This document shows positions 44,794 to 50,679 of a stretch of 50,679 nucleotides of DNA, piece after piece. This DNA comes from a virus. Its lineage: Duplodnaviria > Caudoviricetes. Positions within the stretch are counted from its first letter, which is position 1; every line of letters begins with the position of its first letter. The notes under the pieces were generated by a model. It was not told where the DNA came from and made no database searches. It was given only the letters and a program-made list of their open reading frames with translations. The DNA is taken from positions 1 through 50,679 of the IMG/VR virus record IMGVR_UViG_3300033153_003782. One strand, written 5' to 3'. The translations under genes and the position numbers were made by a program.

Positions 44794-46416
44794 TTAAATT
44801 TCCTCCGTGTTATCTGCGACGGCCTGCGCGACGGTGTCGGCTATTGCCTCGTCGGTCTCTTTCTCGCCGAACTCGGCTTTCAATTCGAGAAGTGGGCGCA
44901 TAGCCTCGGCCATTAACTCGTTTTCTTTCTTGATAATCTGTACATTTTTGGAAAATTTCGTCCCGGTTTGCTCGCGAGCTGCGCGCCTGTTTGTAACCCA
45001 TCCGTTTTTAACTTGGATTTCGTAACCTTGTGCTTGCTTCTTAATATCTGTAGACGGCTTTATCGCGCCGGACCAATCCGAAGCTATCCAAGCGCCGAAA
45101 ATATCGTGTAGCTGCGGGTCCCGCCAAGCCTCTACGAGCCGAGGCGCGAGTATATCCCCGTTTAGGACTTCGGCGAGTAGCCAGTCCGCATAAACGGGTT
45201 TACAGAAATCCGTGGCAAAATCGCCGCGTACTCTGTTTAAATAAATTTTAAATTCGTTTAGCGCTGCTTGTGACGCGCTATAATTACTATTAAATGAAAG
45301 TGTAAGTATTTCCGGCGGTATCTCTAAAGACCATGCAACGGCCTGTATGATAGTGCTCTCAAATTTTCCGAAATCTACGTCGGTGTGCTGTTGAAATCCG
45401 ACCGGTTCCTCGCCGTGCTGTAGCTCTTGCATAACTATGCCCGGCATCTGTGAGGCAATGTCAAAACTGCGCTTTCCGCCGTCGTTGTCTGTAACTGTAA
45501 CCGAGTCTTTACGGACCGCCGCGCCCTGCATTGGCAGCGTGCCCATTTTGTCCTCGGTCTTTCTAATAAACATTGCCAACATTGAATTAATGACGGCTTT
45601 ACGTTGCGCGCTGTCTCTATACCGGTCCACTTCTTTCAATGATTGTAAAATCACAGATAAAAGCGGCTCGCCGCGTAGGTCGTTCAAGCGGTTCTCAGTT
45701 CCATATAGTAGCCAAGCGGTACGGCGGCCACGGGTCCCGCGTGCGGGTATCCTCTTGGACTCGCCTTCGTCTTGTCTAATCCAGTATGCCACGTGTCTGT
45801 CTCGGCTGTCTAGCTCGACGCCATGAATAACGCGGTTATTGTTACGGGGTCGGCTTTCGGTAAGTACCGGCGTTTGTACGCGGTCGCCCCTGACTAACTC
45901 AACCGCGGGAAGTCCTGTCCGCTGGTCCGTGCGTAACACCACAAGAACGTCGCCGCTGATAAGCGCCTCCATACGTGCGGCAAATTGCACTTTTGCGAAA
46001 ACCTTGTCCCCTTTAAACGAGGATAGGTCTTTATTTTCGCTATATAAATTAAATCTGTTTTCTACGTTCTCCGACCAATCGTTCAAGCTGTCGAGCGGAA
46101 CGCCTAGAATTTCTTCTTCTGGTACCGCTTCGAGGGTTAAACCTGTGTTTATCTCGTTGGTGATTAGTCGTTTTATTACGCCCCTGGCGTAGAGGTTTTC
46201 TTGAAATAGTTCGCTTGATCGCTGGCGGAGTGTCCAGTAATCGAGGGTTTTTACAAAATTGTCGTAGCCATATCCGCCTTCGAACTTGTCGCCGTTATAT
46301 TGGTAGGAGTTATACCCGGCCATAGCGCTTACTTGCACGGTCTCGGTGTCGGTGCTGGCTGTACCCGGCTCGGAGCCGTTCCACCAGTCCTTGGCTTTCT
46401 GTATTAGGCTCACCAT
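44794..46416 (-). CDS. Portal protein, lambda family
   Basis: LR.RS..L...N, GVE.D...R.VAY, RG.P.L, NYSAS; start near MVSLIQ. Confidence 0.9.
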   Translation of the reverse strand: MVSLIQKAKDWWNGSEPGTASTDTETVQVSAMAGYNSYQYNGDKFEGGYGYDNFVKTLDYWTLRQRSSELFQENLYARGVIKRLITNEINTGLTLEAVPEEEILGVPLDSLNDWSENVENRFNLYSENKDLSSFKGDKVFAKVQFAARMEALISGDVLVVLRTDQRTGLPAVELVRGDRVQTPVLTESRPRNNNRVIHGVELDSRDRHVAYWIRQDEGESKRIPARGTRGRRTAWLLYGTENRLNDLRGEPLLSVILQSLKEVDRYRDSAQRKAVINSMLAMFIRKTEDKMGTLPMQGAAVRKDSVTVTDNDGGKRSFDIASQMPGIVMQELQHGEEPVGFQQHTDVDFGKFESTIIQAVAWSLEIPPEILTLSFNSNYSASQAALNEFKIYLNRVRGDFATDFCKPVYADWLLAEVLNGDILAPRLVEAWRDPQLHDIFGAWIASDWSGAIKPSTDIKKQAQGYEIQVKNGWVTNRRAAREQTGTKFSKNVQIIKKENELMAEAMRPLLELKAEFGEKETDEAIADTVAQAVADNTEEI

Positions 46417-46667
46417 GACGGCCTCGCAATTATTGTGCCGCTGGGACTTCCGCAACGGGCTTTTAAAGTCACATAACTATTATACAAACTGTTGCGCATG
46501 TTTTTCATCGAGGCTATGTCGCCGCGGGTAACAACTTGTCTGTCTTGGCCTGTGTCGAGCGTGTAGCTTTGGATATTGGAGTTACCGAACGCGAGTATAG
46601 CGTCGTCATACGCTATAATCTGTGCTTCTATAACTGGAATTCTCGACTGTAGGAAAGTGTCGGCCAT
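46410..46667 (-). CDS. Head completion protein (gpW-like)
   Basis: QSYT.......VTR.DI; lies between terminase and portal. Confidence 0.7.
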   Translation of the reverse strand: MADTFLQSRIPVIEAQIIAYDDAILAFGNSNIQSYTLDTGQDRQVVTRGDIASMKNMRNSLYNSYVTLKARCGSPSGTIIARPSW

Positions 46668-46739
46668 AACGCCCTGCGTAATTAAGTTCTAACAATGTAC
46701 ACGCGCGGGAAAAATTTACAACTTTTTTTCAGTATGTAA

Positions 46740-46768
46740 TTGGCAGTACGGCGGGGCCGTAGTATCAT
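46740..46768 (+). promoter_or_regulatory. Class I promoter TTGGCA-N17-TATCAT, palindrome 46747..46761
   Basis: Same leader AGGGCATAACTAAACGGAG as the copies at 6360 and 8995, on the opposite strand. Confidence 0.8.
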
Positions 46769-46796
46769 AGGGCATAACTAAACGGAGAAAGGCACA

Positions 46797-46955
46797 ATGA
46801 AAGAACGTAAATATGACTTAGTAACAACTTGGAGAGGGTCCAATAAAGAGACTCTGCTAACTGCGAGCCCTATGTCGCACCCGAAATGCTGCACCATGAA
46901 GTCTAAATTTACTCCACACAAAAACCAAGTTATAATGCTCCGCGAGTCGCTCTAG
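46797..46955 (+). CDS. 52-aa moron-like protein (not in ORF track)
   Basis: GGAG SD, own promoter, MKERKYDLV...LRESL. Confidence 0.7.
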   Translation: MKERKYDLVTTWRGSNKETLLTASPMSHPKCCTMKSKFTPHKNQVIMLRESL

Positions 46956-46970
46956 AACCCACACCGGGCG

Positions 46971-48944
46971 TCACTCGCCCGGTACGTCCAGCATCGCCTC
47001 GTAATGGTCCCAAAACATAGGCCACGAAACCTCGTCGAGTTCCAAATAATCAATACATACGGACCACGCCATTACCTCGACGGTGGCCTGCCCGTAGACA
47101 ATTAAATCCCACAGTTCATTATTTACACCAGTGGGTCTAAACCAGTAATATGAGACGCGGCCGCGGTCGTCGGTACGTTTCCGGCGGCTCTCGACCGTTA
47201 GCTCTTTTAACTGTTTATCGAGTAAGTCCACAGGTACGTTAAAATGGTACTCGCGTTGCTTGCCGTTCGCTTGGTCCCATACGCGACGCATAACCGGCGC
47301 GAGCCTGTCTTTGTAGTGGTCGACCGTTACGCGAAAGCCTTTCGTGCCAATCTGCGTTTTGAAAGGTGAAAATTCTTTTGTTACTGAACTACTCACAGCT
47401 TTGTCTTGCCCCATTATGGGGTAAACTCCACTTTCATAATCTGCGCAAAAATTACATACCGTGTCGTATGCGTACCGTGAGTCAATAAACGTCGTCGAGA
47501 TCCTATATTTTACCTTATCATTGGCGATATATTCTTTTTCCTCGATAAGTTCCCTTAACCGTGTCCACACGGGCGACTCGGGCTGTGTACAGTCCTCGTC
47601 CTCAAAGCGCCAATAGTCCACAAGAAAAGACTGCATTCCACGCGTCCAGCCCCATACCGAAACGGCTAAATTTCCTTTGTGGACGTCTACCGTGCAGGTA
47701 AGAAACAATATACGACCCCCGGTCGCGGGTACTGCTAAATTATTCGGAACGTGTCCGAGGGTGTACTCGGCGCGTCTGTGGTTTGATACCATCTCGTTAG
47801 TGATGCGGGCGCCCTGGACCGTAAACGGCATGGCCAGGACGTTATTATAAAAAACTTGGTATTTCGCCACGTCGCGGACTTTCTTTTTCTCGTGGTCATA
47901 GCCATCGAGGTACGAGGCCACAGATTTATACCAGGGTTGCATACCAATTGGCGAGTATAGCGCCGGAAGGTGATACGATCTTATATTCCGGTCTTGGGGC
48001 CGTGCGGTGGGGTTCCAGTGCGCCCCGTGGTCTAAACTAAATAGGTTTTCTTTATCGTGTTCGAAGTGTTCCGTTTGGCAGTTCTGGCACAGATAACGCA
48101 CCGACTCAGGTATCAGAATACCGTCGTCCAGGTCCCACGCGAACCCGTAGTCCTTGCCGGTCTCTTTATTCGCTCCGCTCCATCGTAATTCTTGCGGAAA
48201 GCTGCAGGACCTACACAAAACTAAATATTTGCGCTGGTCGCCGCGCTTGTAGGCTTTAAAAATTTTTGAATTATCGATTATTAAAGGCGTTGAACCTCTA
48301 AAGATTTTCCGCCGCTCCCAGTACGCGGCGCAACGGTCGTCGGATACTTTGTCCGGGTCCCCGTCTTTGCCGACCGTGTCGGGCCATGCGTCGATTTCGT
48401 CTTTCAACATTACCATAATAGAGAATGACCGCATTTTGTCGGCGTTCTTGGCGCCAAACGGGACCATGTAGCCGCCGCCTTCCCATTGGATATGATTGGC
48501 AGTTTTACCAGTCTTTCGGCTGTTGCCTTCGTCCGATGAGCGGATCGAGTCGGCAAAGCCGCTGTGATTAATCATAGGAATAAAATTGTTTTCGATACGG
48601 GCCGTGGCGAGTTCCTTGTCCGCGGTCATGTACATTATGGGCACAGTTTTAATGTGTCGCATAAAGTAGAGGAAACCGCTTTCCAATAGGGTGGAATATG
48701 TAATCTGGACACCCTTCATAAGGTTTACTTCTCGTACCGGGCTGTCGATGTCAAAGCAATCGAGTATCTCGCGCATAAACGGGTTAACGTCGTAACGGAT
48801 ATATCCGGGCATAGGTGTAACCGACTCCGGCAAATACCGGTGATCTTCGTTAAACTGCGTCGGGCTAATATGGTCTATATGGTCGGTTAAGCCCTCGATT
48901 TCATCGGCGAGCCAATCGGCGCCCACTATTTTATTTTTAGACAT
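46971..48944 (-). CDS. Terminase large subunit, GpA family
   Basis: PFMREI.D, MKGVQ..YS, DEIDAW, STP, GDQR.Y...C..C, FYN..L, TVDV, NE.WD...Y. Confidence 0.93.
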   Translation of the reverse strand: MSKNKIVGADWLADEIEGLTDHIDHISPTQFNEDHRYLPESVTPMPGYIRYDVNPFMREILDCFDIDSPVREVNLMKGVQITYSTLLESGFLYFMRHIKTVPIMYMTADKELATARIENNFIPMINHSGFADSIRSSDEGNSRKTGKTANHIQWEGGGYMVPFGAKNADKMRSFSIMVMLKDEIDAWPDTVGKDGDPDKVSDDRCAAYWERRKIFRGSTPLIIDNSKIFKAYKRGDQRKYLVLCRSCSFPQELRWSGANKETGKDYGFAWDLDDGILIPESVRYLCQNCQTEHFEHDKENLFSLDHGAHWNPTARPQDRNIRSYHLPALYSPIGMQPWYKSVASYLDGYDHEKKKVRDVAKYQVFYNNVLAMPFTVQGARITNEMVSNHRRAEYTLGHVPNNLAVPATGGRILFLTCTVDVHKGNLAVSVWGWTRGMQSFLVDYWRFEDEDCTQPESPVWTRLRELIEEKEYIANDKVKYRISTTFIDSRYAYDTVCNFCADYESGVYPIMGQDKAVSSSVTKEFSPFKTQIGTKGFRVTVDHYKDRLAPVMRRVWDQANGKQREYHFNVPVDLLDKQLKELTVESRRKRTDDRGRVSYYWFRPTGVNNELWDLIVYGQATVEVMAWSVCIDYLELDEVSWPMFWDHYEAMLDVPGE

Positions 48945-49087
48945 TGGACGGCGGCGATTATAAGAGCTATAGGGGCAATCAATAGGTACCCGAAAAATTT
49001 AGGGCTTGTAACACGTACGCGGTCGCGTACAATAATTAGCATGATTAGAACCCCACAAAGAAAATAAATCGCTAGGCCTGTTATCAT
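48926..49087 (-). CDS. 53-aa two-TM membrane protein (not in ORF track)
   Basis: ATGA coupling; two hydrophobic stretches separated by a basic loop. Confidence 0.55.
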   Translation of the reverse strand: MITGLAIYFLCGVLIMLIIVRDRVRVTSPKFFGYLLIAPIALIIAAVQCLKIK

Positions 49088-49284
49088 TTCCGGCGCCTCG
49101 CTTCGCGGCGTTGCTGGCGCTCGCGCTTACGTTTCTTTTTATCCGCTGTGCGGTATTGCGCGCGGTTGGGTGTCCGTGCTCTTACGCGCCGCGAGTAATA
49201 GACGCGCTGGAAGTTCCAGAAGTCGCGTAGCACCAGTAAAATTATAATTACGGCCGTTACGCCGATTATGTCCCAAGCTGTCAT
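49084..49284 (-). CDS. Small membrane protein with highly basic tail
   Basis: IIGVTAVIIILLVL then Arg/Lys-rich tail; GGAAGG SD. Confidence 0.65.
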   Translation of the reverse strand: MTAWDIIGVTAVIIILLVLRDFWNFQRVYYSRRVRARTPNRAQYRTADKKKRKRERQQRREARRRK

Positions 49285-49291
49285 TTTTTCA

Positions 49292-49387
49292 CTACCTTCC
49301 TTTTACATTTTTTATAGCGTCCCGAACTAAGGACACAAAACAAATTGCAGCCACAATGCCAAAGACGGTCGCGGCCGGCTCGCTCAT
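49292..49387 (-). CDS. 31-aa single-TM peptide (not in ORF track)
   Basis: ATGA coupling with the DUF5664 gene. Confidence 0.45.
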   Translation of the reverse strand: MSEPAATVFGIVAAICFVSLVRDAIKNVKGR

Positions 49388-49689
49388 TTCCCGTACTTCT
49401 CCGGGTGCATCTCGTAGTGCATTTCAAAAATTAAATTCGTTATCGCGTGGGTTAAGTGGGTCTTTGGGTCGTCGCTCTCATCGTCCGCGATGCCCGCCTG
49501 GTAATTCAGGATATGTTTCAGCGCGTGATTGATTGGCCCATTCTCTCCGTCGAGCCGGCTTTGCTGCCAGTTCCTATCCCCGTACTTAGCCGCACCATGG
49601 GCAAATACTTTTGATACCTCGAGTAAAACCTCGCCAGGTATTAGATCCAATCTAACGCCACACTTAAAACGCTTTGCCTCTGTTGTCAT
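49384..49689 (-). CDS. dATP/dGTP diphosphohydrolase domain protein (DUF5664)
   Basis: DLIP...V..V...GA.KYG.RNW, A..H, D.ES...HL.HA..N. Confidence 0.85.
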   Translation of the reverse strand: MTTEAKRFKCGVRLDLIPGEVLLEVSKVFAHGAAKYGDRNWQQSRLDGENGPINHALKHILNYQAGIADDESDDPKTHLTHAITNLIFEMHYEMHPEKYGK

Positions 49690-50570
49690 GCTTCCCTTAA
49701 TCCTTTCGATATTTTTGACTTCATTGGTCGTATAAAACTGGTAATGGTATTGCGCATTTCTTCCTCAAGCTCCAGTGCGTCACGGCCGGCGCCGTGCATT
49801 GCTATAATTCTTTTCGTCATCGTCTTACACCCGTCGGTTAAAATTTGCATGTGCGCTTTTTCGACATGATCGATAACACCGGTTTTTATTAGGTCCCGGC
49901 TAACTAGGTCCCCTTCAGACTTGCTATTCTTAATTCTTTTTTCGGCAATGTCTTCTATTACCTTGGTGGCTTTTAGCCACTCACTAAAACGTGTATCCGT
50001 CCCGAATTTTTTTACCAGGTCGACGAGGGGTAGGTGGGCGAACTCTCGGATATCCTCCGGCACGGCCAGGGCGAGCATTTTTTCCACAACCTTTTTCTCT
50101 AACTCGTCGTAGGCGTCGCCGGTTGGTAACTCCACACCAAGACGCTTTGCTCGTGCGCCTTTCTTCACTGAGCTGTCGTCACCTTTCACGCTGCCATTGG
50201 TGGTATGTAGAGTCGGCGCCGGTCGTTCGGGCTGCACGGGCGGCTCAGGGGGGGGCATGTAGAGTCGGCCTTGGGACTTTAGTGTGTCCAGAATTTTTCT
50301 AGCACGAACGTTCCCTATTCTAAATTTTTTTTCTAAAAAACCTGCTGTGTACTTCTGCGCGTCTAGCATCGCTGCGGCTGCGTCCTCGAACAATACGTCG
50401 ACGGCGTTTCTCTTATTCACAAAGTCTATAACTTCGGGGTGGGCTAAATCTATTTTCCCGTTAACGATCGACCGCGGGAACTTACCCCGGGAAATCATCT
50501 TGGAGATTGCGGACTTACTTACGCCTACTAGGGCGGCTAGCTCTTGTTTTTCTACGAAATTTGTGCTCAT
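49686..50570 (-). CDS. Putative terminase small subunit with N-terminal HTH and FtsK-gamma-like insert
   Basis: QELAALVGVSKSAISK HTH; KN...EGDLVSR Nu1-like segment; first gene after the genome end. Confidence 0.7.
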   Translation of the reverse strand: MSTNFVEKQELAALVGVSKSAISKMISRGKFPRSIVNGKIDLAHPEVIDFVNKRNAVDVLFEDAAAAMLDAQKYTAGFLEKKFRIGNVRARKILDTLKSQGRLYMPPPEPPVQPERPAPTLHTTNGSVKGDDSSVKKGARAKRLGVELPTGDAYDELEKKVVEKMLALAVPEDIREFAHLPLVDLVKKFGTDTRFSEWLKATKVIEDIAEKRIKNSKSEGDLVSRDLIKTGVIDHVEKAHMQILTDGCKTMTKRIIAMHGAGRDALELEEEMRNTITSFIRPMKSKISKGLREA

Positions 50571-50577
50571 GTCAACT

Positions 50578-50606
50578 ACTGTAGCGTTCTAATTACCATT
50601 TGTCAA
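50578..50606 (-). promoter_or_regulatory. sigma70 promoter TTGACA-N17-TACAGT, probably leaderless
   Basis: 7 nt between the -10 box and ATG 50570; no SD. Confidence 0.7.
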
Positions 50607-50663
50607 CAGCTCTTGCAGCTCGTCAACTGAGCACGAAAACACGCTTTTTGTGCGAGGGTGACG

Positions 50664-50679
50664 CGAGGCCAATCTAAAC
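50664..50679. repeat. Right copy of 16-nt terminal direct repeat
   Basis: Identical to 1..16. Confidence 0.9.

Noticed and set aside
49384-49689. Z-base (2-aminoadenine) genome system
   Set aside because: No PurZ-like or HD-domain dATPase gene recognised; DUF5664 alone is insufficient

Overview
The window looks like a complete ~50.7 kb linear dsDNA tailed-phage genome with a contractile tail. It is bounded by a 16-nt direct repeat lying beside a lambda-like cosQ motif, which suggests a filled-in cohesive end. The right arm (minus strand, 50570 down to 23354) carries lambda-type packaging and head genes (TerS, GpA-type TerL, gpW, portal, S49 protease, decoration protein, gpE capsid). Mu-type tail and baseplate genes, fibres and an atypical lysis region follow. 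The centre holds replication genes: an NrS-1-like primase-polymerase/SF3 helicase, VRR-NUC, SF2 helicase, DUF2800 nuclease, SSB and family A DNA polymerase. The left arm has an AT-rich putative origin, two Cys/His repeat proteins and many small genes. I recognised no integrase, tRNA, CRISPR array or canonical endolysin. Most notable: (1) nine sigma70-type promoters with the same palindrome TACGGC-N3-GCCGTA between -35 and -10, three within near-identical terminator-promoter-RBS cassettes and one driving an inverted moron in the head operon; (2) a TerS with an FtsK-gamma-like insert, and a KOPS-like octamer beside the genome end; (3) core virion proteins fused to Ig/BspA-LRR and LamG domains; (4) two candidate non-coding RNAs. 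All family calls come from motif recognition by eye, not from database searches.
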